Shown here in pieces: positions 22,540 to 34,520 of a stretch of DNA of 52,442 nt (within the stretch, counting starts at the first letter, position 1; each line of letters opens with the position of its first letter). The DNA comes from Schizochytrium sp. TIO01 (Eukaryota > Protista > Bigyra: Labyrinthulomycetes), in the NCBI GenBank assembly GCA_004764695.1, contig SMSO01000008.1:1086775-1139216 (forward strand), given 5' to 3'. The translations under genes and the position numbers were made by a program. The notes under the pieces were generated by a model, which did not search any database, was not told the DNA's origin, and saw nothing but the letters and a program-made list of their open reading frames with translations.

Positions 22540-24620
22540 TAAAATTTAAAGAATTGTTTAAAAGGTTTTAATTTAAAAAGAAAGTAAAAACAATGCTATT
22601 GAGGGGGTATTTTCTCCACAAGGAGTTGATCGATGATTTTCGTTTTTGGACTACGAGCTAGGCTTCAGAACGTATGAACATTGTAGCATCACGAAAGGTA
22701 AAAATAGTTTGATTGATAGCTCAGAAGACCCCTACATCATAGTTAATGCGTTTCTTTTAACTCGCTCTGTCTTTCTCAATATATTATTACTTTGAACAAA
22801 GGGGTATTTTATCAACACCAAGAAAAGTGAGATCCACAAAAATGGTACCATTGGACAGGAAATGCAATTTGGCATAGGATAGGTGAGTCAGAATTGAAAA
22901 ATACTGTCAGCAACATTGAGTTTGACCCCTACGTAGTTGCCTTCTTTTAATTTTCTTTTAAATCTAACTGAAGGCTTTTAATTTAAAAAAGAAAGTTAGA
23001 AAAAATACTATTGAGGGGGTCTTTTCTCGATGAGGAGTTGATCGATGTTTTTCTTTTTTGGACTGCGAGCTAGGTTTCGGAATGTATGAACTTTGTGACA
23101 GCCCAAAAGTTAAAAAACATTTTATTAATAGCTCAGAAGACCCCTACATCTTAGTTAAGACGTATCTTTTAACTCGGTCTTTCTTTCTCAATATACTGTG
23201 ACTTTGAACAAAGGGATATTTTGTCAACACCAAGAATAGTGAGATCCATAACAATGATATCATTAGATCGGAAATTCAGTTTGGCATAGAATAGGCGTGT
23301 CAGAATTGAAAAATACTCACGGCAACATCGAGTTTGACCCCTACGTAGTTGCCATCTTTTAATTTTCTTTTAAATCTATTTAAAGGTTTTTAATTTTATA
23401 AAAGAAAGTAAGAAAAAGATACTATTGAGGGGGTCTTTTCTCGACAAGGAGTTGATCGATCTTTTTCGTTTTTGGACTGCGAGCTAGATTTCGGAAAGTA
23501 TGAACATTGTGACAGCACAAAAGTTAAAAAATAGTTTAATTGATAACTCAGAAGACCCCTACAGTATAGTTAAGACGTTTCTTTCAACTCGCTCTGTCTT
23601 TCTCAATATACTGTGACTTTGAACAAAGGGGTATTTTGTCAATTTCAAAAACTATCTGATCCATAAAAGTGGTTTCATTAGATAGAAAATTCAATTTGGC
23701 ATAGGATAGGTGTGTCAGAATTGAAAAATACGGTCGGCAACATTGAGTTTGACCCCTACGTAGTTGCCATCTTTTAGTTTTCTTTTAAATCGAACAGAAG
23801 TTTTTAATGTTAAAAAGAAAGTTAGAAAAAATACTATTGAGGGGGTCTTTTCTCGATGATGAGTTGATCGATGTTTTTCGTTTTTGAACTACGAGCTAGG
23901 ATTCGGAAACTATGAACATTGTGACAGCACAAAATTAAAAAAACATTTTATTAATTGCTCAGAAGACCCCTACATCATCCTTATAACGCTTCTTTCAACT
24001 CGCTCTGTCTTTCTCAATATACTATTACTTTGCATAAAGGGGTATTTTGTCAACACCAAGCAAAGAAAGGTCCATGAAAGTGCTATCCTTAGATTGGAAA
24101 TTCAATTTGGCATAGGATAGGCGTGTCAGAATTGAAAAATACGGTCGGCAACATCGAGTTTGACCCCTACGTAGTTGCCATCTTTTAATTTTCTTTTAAA
24201 TCTATTTAAAGGTTTTTAATTTTAAAAAGAAAGTAAGAAAAAGATACTATTTAGGGGGTCTTTTCTCGATGAGGTGTTGATCGATGTTTTTCGTTTTTGG
24301 ACTGCGAGCTAGGGTTCGGAAAGTATGAACCTTGTGACAGCCCAAAAGTTAAAAAACATTTTATTAATGGCTCAGAAGACCCCTACAGTATAGTTAAGAC
24401 GTTTCTTTCAACTCGCTCTGTCTTTCTCAATATACTATTACTTTGAATAAAGGGGTATTTTGTCAACACCAAGAGAAGTGAGATCCATAAAAATGATATC
24501 ATTAGATCGGAAATTTAATTTTGCATAGAATTGGTGTGCCTGAATTGAAAAATACGCTCGGCAACATCGAGTTTGACCCCTACGTAGTTGCCATCTTTTA
24601 AAATTATTTTTAATTTAACT
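22540..24620 (+). repeat. Spacer repeat family A, five ~412-bp units (LORE-TEARS-like)
   Basis: Marker TTTGACCCCTACGTAGTTGCC at 22921, 23333, 23748, 24159, 24572. Confidence 0.9.
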
Positions 24621-25150
24621 GAGAACAAAGAAAGAAAGACATATTTTCTCGACAACTACTTGAGAGATATACGTTATTCTTGCACCATTCGATCAGAAAA
24701 TTTATGGAGAGCTGTACTATTGAAGTTCTCAAGAGGAAATCATTCTAAAATTATGAGAAAATACCCTTCCAGGTATTTGGCAGCAGCCTCCCACTTCTTC
24801 AAACCCCATTATCTCCACAAGTACTTTATTGATCATTTAAAGATTTGGATCAGTAGAAAGCGCAACAAATACAGAATACGGATGATGGCATGAGTGAGAA
24901 AAAACAAATCTTTGAAAGTATTTTTCGAACTTTAAAAAGAAAATGTTACTCTTCTATATTATTAATAAGAGAAAAGAACTAAACTTAGTACTGTTATAAA
25001 TTTCTTGATAAAATTGTAGGGTCATTTCGACAAGCACCGTCGGGAAGTGCGTCGTTGTTACCACAGGATAGTCATAATCGCTGCGAAGAAATATGTTTTC
25101 GAGCTTGCGAAAAGAAGCTCCAAGTTATTACTTTATTTAAACAAGCAGTT
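24620..25150 (+). repeat. Spacer repeat family B, one ~530-bp unit
   Basis: Reverse complement of the units at 33496-34520. Confidence 0.85.
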
Positions 25151-27575
25151 GATGGATCCTCACAAGGGACTATGTCAATAACCACTAAAGATATTAATAT
25201 TTGACAAGTATCACCAGAAAGCTGCTGACATTTGCAACAGGGTAAATGTGTTTTTTCAGAAAAGCAATACTTTAACATGTGTTTTTACTGACCTTTGAAA
25301 GTTATTTCTTGATCTCTCATATTATTAATAGGGGGAGGGAAACGAGTTTAGTAGTGTTGTAACTCTATGCATATAATAGATAGAACTTTGCTAGAAGCAT
25401 CGTCGGATAGCTGAATAATAGTTAAAGTGGGTGGATTTGATTTATGAGAGAAACGTTTCTTTCAAGCCTGAGAAAAGAAGCTCTAAGTTGGCACTCTAAT
25501 AGTGAGCAGCAAAATGATTAGTATAAGGTTCATTTTCTCAAGAACGGGAAAAGATATTACTCATCAGGTGGTACCGTTGGAAAGCTGTTAAAATTTACAA
25601 CAGGCTAGATGTGTTTGCTCAGGCGAAATATTTTTAAATTTATTTTTACTGACCTTTGAAAGTTATTTCTTAGTCGCCCATATCATTAATAGGGAGAAAG
25701 AAGTGAGTTTAGTAGTGCTCTAACTCAATGAATAGAATAGAAAGGACTTTGCTATAGGCACCCCTTGATAGAACATGAATTGCTGTGATGCTGGAATTTG
25801 ATTTGTGAGAAAAAAGACCCTGTCAAGCTTGAGAAAAGAAGCTCCAAGTTATCATTCTGTTTGCGAGCAGGATAGAGAATTGAACCGCTAGTATAAAATT
25901 CATTTTCTCAACAACGGGGAAAAATATTAATCATGGAGGGGTACCGTTGGAAAGCTGGGGCAATGTACAACAGGGTTGAGGTGTTTGCTTAGCTGAAATA
26001 TTCTTAAAATGTGTTTCTACTGACCTTTGAAAGATTATTTTTTGTCTCTCATATTATTAATAGGGGGCGGGAACCGGATTTAGTAGTGTTTTAACTCTTT
26101 GAGTAGAGTAAGCAGAACTTTTCTAGAAGAATCATTCGATAGCGCATGAATTGTTGAGATGAGTGCATTTAATTTATGAGAGAAAAGCTTCTTGCAAGCT
26201 TGAGAAAAGAAGCTCTAAGTTGTCACTCTGTCTATTGGCAGGATAAAGAAAACATTTGCTACTATAAGATTCATTTTCTCAACAATGGGGAAAGATATTA
26301 ATCATAGAGTGATACCGTTGGAAAGCTGTTAAGATCTACAACAGGTTAGATGCGTTTTCTCAGAAAAAATACTTTTAACATATAGTTTTATTGACCTTTG
26401 AAAGTTATTCTTTAGTCTCTCATATTATTAATAGGGGGATGGAGCCGAGTTTAGTAGTGTCCTAACTCTTTGAGTAGAATATACAGAATTTTTCTACAAA
26501 CACAATTCGATAGCTCAAGAATTGTTGAGATGGCCGCGTTTGATTTATGAGAGAAAAGCTTCTTGTAAGCTTGAGAAAAGAAGCTCTAAGTTGTCACTCT
26601 ATTTGATAACAAAAGAAAGAATAAAATGATTAGTATAAGATGCATTTTCTCAACCACGGGGAAATATATAAATCATGGACTGGTACCACTGGAAAGCGGC
26701 TTGAAATTGCAACAGGGTAGATGTAATTTATCAGAAAAAATACTTTAAACATATAGTTTTACTAACCTTTGAAAGTTTATTTTTTTTCTCTCATATTATT
26801 AATAGGGGGATGGAACCGAGTTTAGTAGTGTTTTAACTCTATGAGTAGAGTACACAGAACTTTTCTAGAAGAACCATTCGATAGCGCATGAATTGTGGAG
26901 ATGGCCGCATTTGATTTATGAATAATTTTTTTTTTCAAGTTTGAGAAAAGAAGCTCTAAGTTGTTACTCTATTTGTTGGCAGGATAGAGAATAAAATTGA
27001 TTAGTATAAGATTCATTTTCTCAATAATGAAGCAATATATTAATCATGGAGTGGTACCGTTGGAAAGCTGTTGCAATTTACAACAGGATAAATGTGTTGG
27101 TTCAGAAAAAAAAAATATGACTATGTTTTATTGACTTTTGAAAGATATTTCTTTGTTTCTCATATTATTAATAGGGGGGAGAAACCGAATTTAGTAGTGT
27201 TATAACTCTATAACTAAAACATGCAGAACTTTGCTACAAGTACCATTCGATAGCTCATACATTTTTGCGATGACCGCATCTGATTTACGAATAAACATAT
27301 TTTTGTAAGCTTGAGAAAAGAAGCTCCAAGTTGTTACTCTATTTATTACCAGGATAAAGGGTAAATTGAATAGTATAAGATTCAATATCTCAACAATGAG
27401 ATAATATATTAATCATCGAGTGGTACCATTGGAAGGCTGCTTGCATTTACAACAGGGTAGATGTGTTTTCTCAGAAAAAATACTTTTAATATATAGTTTT
27501 ACTGACCTTTGAAAGTTTAATTTTGGTCTCTCATATTATTCATAGGGGAAAGAACCAAGTTTAGTAGTGTTCTAA
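25150..27575 (+). repeat. Spacer repeat family C, ~6.5 diverged ~370-bp units, cut by Copia-1
   Basis: Marker GACCTTTGAAAG (or single-mismatch variants) near 25290, 25651, 26022, 26393, 26764, 27133, 27504. Confidence 0.9.
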
Positions 27576-30500
27576 TGTTGTCTAGACGAATTGTTGGTCC
27601 CGAGTCGGGATAACAAGGAGTCTCCTGCCTTTCTAATCATACCTTTTACAGAGGTAGGGTTAGGGTAAAGGTTAAGCATTGGACAACAAAGAATCTCTTA
27701 ACTTTCTTATTATACCTTTTGCAGTAGTAGGGTTAGGGTAATGCTCGCGAATTATATACATGAACACGAGTATTAACCCATAATACCACTGTAAAAGTAT
27801 TCAAGAACGTAGGAGAATCTTTATCAAGAAAACAAATACTCACTAAGGGACACATGGACTAAACACTAGTAGTTGCGGTTTTCCGCTCGGTGGCCGCCAC
27901 TAATAAAGGACATGTGTAACAGAGACTAAGTAGAAATAACTTCTTCACTGCCGGCAGTATGTCAGCAGACCTCAAACTATACAACCTCAACCTAAAAAGT
28001 AAACAACCTTTCGAGTCTCTGTCACTCTACAGCATTCAACAAAAGGTTATTGGCCTATTAACTCTCGTTCTTTGCTGCCCCGCGCACTCTCTGCACTGGC
28101 CCGACCATGGTGCAAGAAGAAGTAGCCTCCGAACATGAGGAGGTCGCCTCCGTCGTGTATGAAGACGACGATGATGACGACAGTGAAAGCATGGCAACCG
28201 CCAACTTTCATGGTCCCCTCCCCGCGGTCCCTGCCACCGCGATGCACTCCAGCGACAATCTGGAGTTTCTGCTGGCGTCCGAGTCAGCCCCAACCATCCA
28301 TTACCAACCTGAGACTCCGGCTCTCATCAAAGGTATCAAGCGCTACTTCGAAAATAATCGCTCGACACCAACGTACGACGGCGACTTTGAAGAATACTCC
28401 GATTTCTTCGAAGGCTTCTGCGGCTACTACGAACTTCCCTTCAAGGACATCAATACATGGAAACCTGGCCAGCCGGCATCTATTTGCAAAGCCCAGGACT
28501 CTGTGTTGGCACTCTTCCTGCTCGAAGGTTTCAAGAAGTCATCCCTGTCTTCAGTCATACGCTCCAGGTATGCCAAAGGCAGCGGCCTTGTCGGGTGGTA
28601 CGTGCTAAGACAACGCTTCAACCAGCACTCTAGACTCAACCAACAGCGTCGTTGGAAAGAGCTGATGAGTGTCATGGCCGCTTGTCCCAAGCCCCACGAG
28701 GATCGCTCCAAGCTGGACGACCACATCGACAAGTTGAACACCGCCATTGCCAAGCTCGAAAAGACTCGCCCTACGTTACAGTCTATCATGCTGTTCAGCT
28801 ACATCCAACAGCTCCCTGCAGAGTATGACAAGATCAAGGCTGATCTCTACGCTCACTCTACTCTGACATTCCGTGTCATTCACGAACGCACCGGCCTGAC
28901 TATGGAATCTGCTAAAGCTGCCAACACTTCTGTTTCCAATGAAGTGACTGGTGCTTTTGGCGCTTCTACTGACGCGACACTTCTCCAACTCGCTGCAGCT
29001 GTTAGCCAAGCCTTTGGCAACTCTCCAAGCCCTCCGCAGCCCCGCAATTACCGTTCTCGTGGCAGATACCATGGCTCTCATCGAAACAACTCCCACCGTT
29101 GTCTTCGTTGCGCGCAAAATCACGCCACAGACAATTGCAACCTTGACCCTAGAGTTCGCTGCGCTCGCTGCAACAAACCAGGTCACAAGGCCATAGTCTG
29201 CCGCAGCGTTCCCACTGAGGAATACTTTGCTGCTAACGTAAAAGATTTTTCAAAGTCTGCTTACCTTGGTGGCAATGCTTTTCCCTCGACTGTTATTGAC
29301 AGTGGAGCTGGTGTTACAGTTGTTCCTAGCCGTCGACACATTCATTCTGAACTACCTCTACAAAAAGCAACACCTATTGTAGGTGTCTCAGGTGAATTAC
29401 AAAATCCAGACAGTGTAGGCACTTACCTATCGCCATTCATTCCCAACGCCCCCGCCATACCTGCTCAAGTACATGACAGGGCCCCAGCTGTACTTGAAAG
29501 TCTCGCTGCTCTACACGCTGCTGGAGCCGAGCTACACATTACCAAAGATCGTCAAGTCCTTGTCTGGCAAAATCAAGAGATCCCTTTACAATTTTGCAAC
29601 AACGCATTGACTTATGCACAGGACACTACGAGCGAACCAACTGCAACACCAGTGTTTGCCGGCCTCGACATTCTTGAGGCCCATCGTAGAGCTGGACATC
29701 GCTCATTCGAAACACTTGATGCTATATCAAAACAAGTTTCGGGACTCCCTCTTGCGAAAATACAAGGATCTTTTCCAGTCTGCCCTGGCTGTGTTCAAGG
29801 TGACTCATCGCGCTCTCCCATTCGTAAAGGACCGCACTCCCCTCGCAGTACCGGTCCGCGCCAAGTATCACATGTCGACCTGCTTGGTATTAAAACGCGC
29901 TCCAGCACAGGCAATAAATACTGTGTTGTCTTTGTAGACGATTACTCCAAGTATCGGCGATGCTATTCGTTTCCTGAGTGCAATGCCGAAACACTTGTCA
30001 AAGCCATTCGGGCGTGGCGAAGAGACTGGCTCGGCGCCGCTCCCGGGAAAACTTCAACCCCTGAAGGTTTAACTCTCATTGCCGATCATGCTTTCGCTTC
30101 CAGACTTGTACAGGAACAAATGGACTTGTACAATTGGAAACTGCAATTTGCATCTCCCCATGAACATGGTACTCATGGCGTCGCTGAACGCACAGTAGGT
30201 CTCGTCTCTCGCCTCGCTTGGTCCTATCTTCATGACTGCAATCTCCCGAGCACCTTTTGGGATTTTGCAACTGATTACGCATGTTGGACCCTTAACCGTC
30301 TTCCATCGCCTCGGACCTCTAAGGTGCCTGCTGTCATTCATGGATGTGGTACTGCCGATTTGTCTCCAAGTCGCCAATTTGGCACCCTTGTTGCCTACCA
30401 TCAACACAATCCCAGTGTTGCAACTAAAAGCGACTTTGCTGCCAAAGGAAGCCTTGGTATTTTTCTTGGCTGCAGTTCTCGACACAGCTTTGGGACATCA

Positions 30501-33492
30501 CGCATCATGTCTTTGGACTCTCGCCGGATCGTTTTTTCGCGGAGTTACCGTGCTCTGCCTTACCTTCCTCAGCTTTCTGAATCATCTGACTACATTCGCA
30601 AGCAACTTCTGAACAACTCTTTACTCAATACTGCCCCAGTAAAGGTTTTCTCCAACGATTACGGTGACGTTACTTCGAGTCCATCGAGTTCTGATTTTTT
30701 CCACCCTCTTACCAAAGATACTTCGTCTCTGATTTTTCCTTCAAACTCTTCAGAGATCAAACATCCCTCCAGTCCCTCCTTCACTAATGACGTTTCTGTC
30801 AACTTTGATCTCGCAGGCTCTTCTGGCGAAAACGAAGAAGATCTACATTTTAGCTACCCTGCCCAAAGTACTCCCGCAGCATCCAGTCCAGAGCAGGAGG
30901 TGTCAGACCTTATAGACTTTCAGCAGGAGGTGCCCGATCTTATTAGCATTGATCAGGAGGTGCCTGATCTTATTAGCATTGATCAGGAGGTGCCTGATCT
31001 TATTAACATTGATCAGGAGGTGCCCGACGCTACCATTATAGAGAAGGAGGTGCCCGATGTTACCATCATTGAGCAGGAGGTGGACTCTTCACAGAAACCA
31101 CCGCGTAAGTATAAACAGAAACCGTCTTACTCCTCCGAGTTCAAGCAAGCTCTTCGTGAATTTGTTGATGCTGGTCCATTATACCCTGGACAAGTTCTAC
31201 AAATAGCAAACAACAAATTCCATTGGGTAGATCCAATTCTTGGCGACGTCGACACCGGCTCTACAACAAGGAGTGGTAAAACCTTCCATCCAAGTTCCTC
31301 AACTTCAGCCCCAGCTTTATTGACGAAGGAGGTGAACAATCAGGAAGCTTCTACTTCAAACACTCACGTTTACGAGGACCCACGCAGACCTGTTCGCGAG
31401 CCTCGTCACGAAAGTGATCTTCGACTTTACAGCGACTATGAGAAAGCCATGTGGAGGAAAACAGATGAAGAAGAAATGGCAAATCATGCAGCACAAGAAA
31501 CCCTGCAAGAAGTCCCAAAGTCGGAGGTGCGTGGAAAAGTCTTAGATGTCATGAAGGTCTATAAGAAAAAGCCCGCAGACAACGAAGGGCGCCGTAGACT
31601 TAAGATGAGACTTGTTGTTCGCGGTGATCAAGAACCAACCTCTGAACAAGAAGTAGCATCACCAGTTACAATGCCATCTTCCGTACGCATCCAAATTACC
31701 TTGGGTCTTACACAGGAACATGACTTTGCTATTTTCGACATTACAAGTGCTTTCCTCACTGCACCGGTACATGACAAAGACATTTTCATACGAGTACGGA
31801 CTTTCTACGGTGAATACACTTACTATCGCCTTCTGAAATCTGTCTATGGCATCTCATCTGCTCCGCTAAGATTTTACAAAGAACTAGCGCATGCTTTTGA
31901 TGCTTTCGGCTTAGCACCTTGCCCAGATGATGCATGCCTTTTCCATCATAAGGGCCTGAACCTGACAGTGTCTACCCATGTCGATGATGGTCTAGTTTCT
32001 GGTCCTGCCTCGAGTGTCAAAGCTCTTGAAGGTCATCTAAAATCATATTTTGGGAACGACAAAGTGGACTTCGAACATTTACCTGACAACAAACGTGTTC
32101 GATACCTTGGAGCGCATCTTACGATCAATCGAAGTTCCAAGATCGCTTTGTTAGATCATGCCGACTTTATTGAGGAACTTCTCGAAACTCATGGTCTTAA
32201 CAATTGTCAACCACGCATCACTCCTGCATCTGCAAACCCGTTAACATTTCCTAAGGAGGCCAAAACTGATCCCCTTTATCAGTCATTGGTGGGAAGTCTT
32301 CAATGGATAGTCAATACACGCCCCGACATTGCATTTGCAGTTAAAGAACTTGGTAGACACAATCGTGCAGCAACCGAAGAACACTTTACAGCAGCCAAAG
32401 CTGTTTTACGTTACCTTGCTGGCACAAGCAACATCGGGATAGTCTTACGAGGAGCCATACAACTTTCGGACATAAAGCTTGAAGCTTGGTGCGATGCCTC
32501 TTACGCGCCTTGCACTTACACACGACGTTCTACACTTGGCTACCTGCTAGCAGTTAATGGGTCTACCATTCTGACAAAGTCTAGTACAGAACGAACTGTG
32601 GCACTTTCCTCAACTGAGGCAGAACTCTACGCTGCGAACGAAGCCGCTAAAGCCATTATTTGGAACCGTCGCATTTTAGATTTTCTGGGCTGTCCCCAAG
32701 CTGATGCATCGCCACTATACACGGACAATCAAGCTATCATCCCTTTGATTCGAAACTTGAGCGTTGGCAACAACTCTAAGCATGTGGACATTCGCAGACA
32801 CCATCTTCATCAACTTTTAGAGGACAACATCATTTCTCTATCTTATGAAAACACTCGAACCAATCCAGCTGACGTGTTGACCAAACACCTTAGTCGGGAG
32901 CTTCATCACTATCATATCTACCGCATCTGCCTTGCTTTTCTTGGGCACGTAACTCCCGGAGATACGGATCGCTCTGTATCTGCACTTCTAGGAACAAGGC
33001 TCACGTCTAAGAAGTTTGGGGAGGTGTGTTGTCTAGACGAATTGTTGGTCCCGAGTCGGGATAACAAGGAGTCTCCTGCCTTTCTAATCATACCTTTTAC
33101 AGAGGTAGGGTTAGGGTAAAGGTTAAGCATTGGACAACAAAGAATCTCTTAACTTTCTTATTATACCTTTTGCAGTAGTAGGGTTAGGGTAATGCTCGCG
33201 AATTATATACATGAACACGAGTATTAACCCATAATACCACTGTAAAAGTATTCAAGAACGTAGGAGAATCTTTATCAAGAAAACAAATACTCACTAAGGG
33301 ACACATGGACTAAACACTAGTAGTTGCGGTTTTCCGCTCGGTGGCCGCCACTAATAAAGGACATGTGTAACAGAGACTGAGTAGAAATAACTTCTTCACT
33401 GCCGGCAGTATGTCAGCAGACCTCAAACTATACAACCTCAACCTAAAAAGTAAACTACCTTTCGAGTCTCTGTCACTCTACAGCATTCAACA
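27576..33492 (+). mobile_element. Copia-1: full-length Ty1/Copia LTR retrotransposon, LTRs 27576-28041 and 33027-33492 (466 bp), no TSD
   Basis: TGTTG...CAACA termini. Two LTR differences seen (27928/33379, 28005/33456). PBS-like GGTTATTGGCC follows an AAA spacer; PPT GGGGAGG. Flanks are TCTAA and AAATC. Confidence 0.97.
28107..33119 (+). CDS. Copia-1 Gag-Pol polyprotein (1670 aa), running into the 3' LTR
   Basis: Two zinc knuckles; protease VIDSGAG; integrase HRRAGH..CPGC and FVDDYS..GVAER; RT FDITSAFL and THVDD; RNase H CDAS..STEAE..TDNQ..ADVLTK. Order PR-IN-RT-RH. Confidence 0.97.
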   Translation: MVQEEVASEHEEVASVVYEDDDDDDSESMATANFHGPLPAVPATAMHSSDNLEFLLASESAPTIHYQPETPALIKGIKRYFENNRSTPTYDGDFEEYSDFFEGFCGYYELPFKDINTWKPGQPASICKAQDSVLALFLLEGFKKSSLSSVIRSRYAKGSGLVGWYVLRQRFNQHSRLNQQRRWKELMSVMAACPKPHEDRSKLDDHIDKLNTAIAKLEKTRPTLQSIMLFSYIQQLPAEYDKIKADLYAHSTLTFRVIHERTGLTMESAKAANTSVSNEVTGAFGASTDATLLQLAAAVSQAFGNSPSPPQPRNYRSRGRYHGSHRNNSHRCLRCAQNHATDNCNLDPRVRCARCNKPGHKAIVCRSVPTEEYFAANVKDFSKSAYLGGNAFPSTVIDSGAGVTVVPSRRHIHSELPLQKATPIVGVSGELQNPDSVGTYLSPFIPNAPAIPAQVHDRAPAVLESLAALHAAGAELHITKDRQVLVWQNQEIPLQFCNNALTYAQDTTSEPTATPVFAGLDILEAHRRAGHRSFETLDAISKQVSGLPLAKIQGSFPVCPGCVQGDSSRSPIRKGPHSPRSTGPRQVSHVDLLGIKTRSSTGNKYCVVFVDDYSKYRRCYSFPECNAETLVKAIRAWRRDWLGAAPGKTSTPEGLTLIADHAFASRLVQEQMDLYNWKLQFASPHEHGTHGVAERTVGLVSRLAWSYLHDCNLPSTFWDFATDYACWTLNRLPSPRTSKVPAVIHGCGTADLSPSRQFGTLVAYHQHNPSVATKSDFAAKGSLGIFLGCSSRHSFGTSRIMSLDSRRIVFSRSYRALPYLPQLSESSDYIRKQLLNNSLLNTAPVKVFSNDYGDVTSSPSSSDFFHPLTKDTSSLIFPSNSSEIKHPSSPSFTNDVSVNFDLAGSSGENEEDLHFSYPAQSTPAASSPEQEVSDLIDFQQEVPDLISIDQEVPDLISIDQEVPDLINIDQEVPDATIIEKEVPDVTIIEQEVDSSQKPPRKYKQKPSYSSEFKQALREFVDAGPLYPGQVLQIANNKFHWVDPILGDVDTGSTTRSGKTFHPSSSTSAPALLTKEVNNQEASTSNTHVYEDPRRPVREPRHESDLRLYSDYEKAMWRKTDEEEMANHAAQETLQEVPKSEVRGKVLDVMKVYKKKPADNEGRRRLKMRLVVRGDQEPTSEQEVASPVTMPSSVRIQITLGLTQEHDFAIFDITSAFLTAPVHDKDIFIRVRTFYGEYTYYRLLKSVYGISSAPLRFYKELAHAFDAFGLAPCPDDACLFHHKGLNLTVSTHVDDGLVSGPASSVKALEGHLKSYFGNDKVDFEHLPDNKRVRYLGAHLTINRSSKIALLDHADFIEELLETHGLNNCQPRITPASANPLTFPKEAKTDPLYQSLVGSLQWIVNTRPDIAFAVKELGRHNRAATEEHFTAAKAVLRYLAGTSNIGIVLRGAIQLSDIKLEAWCDASYAPCTYTRRSTLGYLLAVNGSTILTKSSTERTVALSSTEAELYAANEAAKAIIWNRRILDFLGCPQADASPLYTDNQAIIPLIRNLSVGNNSKHVDIRRHHLHQLLEDNIISLSYENTRTNPADVLTKHLSRELHHYHIYRICLAFLGHVTPGDTDRSVSALLGTRLTSKKFGEVCCLDELLVPSRDNKESPAFLIIPFTEVGLG

Positions 33493-33495
33493 AAA

Positions 33496-34520
33496 TCTTT
33501 TCGCAAGCTTGAAAAGATATTTTCTCGCAACGATTATAACTATACTGTGGTAACAACGACGCACTTCCCGACGGTGCTTGTCGAAATGACCCTACAATTC
33601 TATCAAGAAATTTATAACAGTACTAAGTTTAGTTCTTTCCTCTTATTAATAATATAGAAGAGTAACATTTTCTTTTAAAAGTTCGAAAAAAACTTTCAAA
33701 GATTTGTTTTTTCTCACTCATGCCATCATCCGTATTCGGTATTGCTTGTGCTTTCTACTGATCCAAATCTTTAAATGATCAATAAAGTAGTTGTGGAGAT
33801 AATGGGGTTTTGAAGAAGTGGGAGGCTGCTGCCAAATACCTGGAAGGGTATTTTCTCATAATTTTAGAATGATTTCCTCTTGAGAACTTCAATAGTATAG
33901 CTCTCCATAAATTTGCTGATCTAATGCTGCAAAAATAACATGTGTCTTTCAAGTAGTTGACGAGAAAATATGTCTTTCTTTCTTTCGATAATCCATCAGT
34001 TGCCTGATAAAGTGATCACTTGGAGCTTCTTTCCGCAAGCTTGAAAAGATATTTCTTCGCAACGATTTTATAACTATCCTGTGGTAACAACGACGCACTT
34101 CCCGACGGTGCTTATCGAAAAGACCTAACAATTTTATCAAGAAAGTTATAGCAGTACTAAGTTTAGTTCTTTTCTCTTATTAATATTATGGAAGAGTAAC
34201 ATTTTCTTTTAAAAGTTCGAAAAATACTTTCAAAGATTTGTTTTTTCGCACTCCTGCCATCATCCGTATTTTATATTGCTTGCGCTTTCTACTGATCCAA
34301 ATCTTTAAATGATCAATAAAGTACTTGTGGAGATAATGGGGTTTTGAAGAAGTGGGAGGCTGATGCCAAATACCTGGAAGGGTATTTTCTCATAATTTTA
34401 GAATGATTTCCTCTTGAGAACTTCAATAGTACAGCTCTCCATAAATTTTCTGATCGAATGGTGCAAGAATAACGTATATCTCTCAAGTAGTTGTCGAGAA
34501 AATATGTCTTTCTTTATTTA
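33496..34520 (-). repeat. Spacer repeat family B, two ~532-bp units
   Basis: GCAAGCTTGAAAAGATAT at 33503 and 34035. Confidence 0.9.

Larger units (their letters stand above)
12200..25115 (+). repeat. Left arm of giant inverted duplication (upstream spacer + rDNA + spacer repeats)
   Basis: Collinear reverse-complement similarity to 33496-52420 once Copia-2 is removed (e.g. 12205-12305 vs 52321-52420; 13981-14180 vs 44955-45155). Confidence 0.9.
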
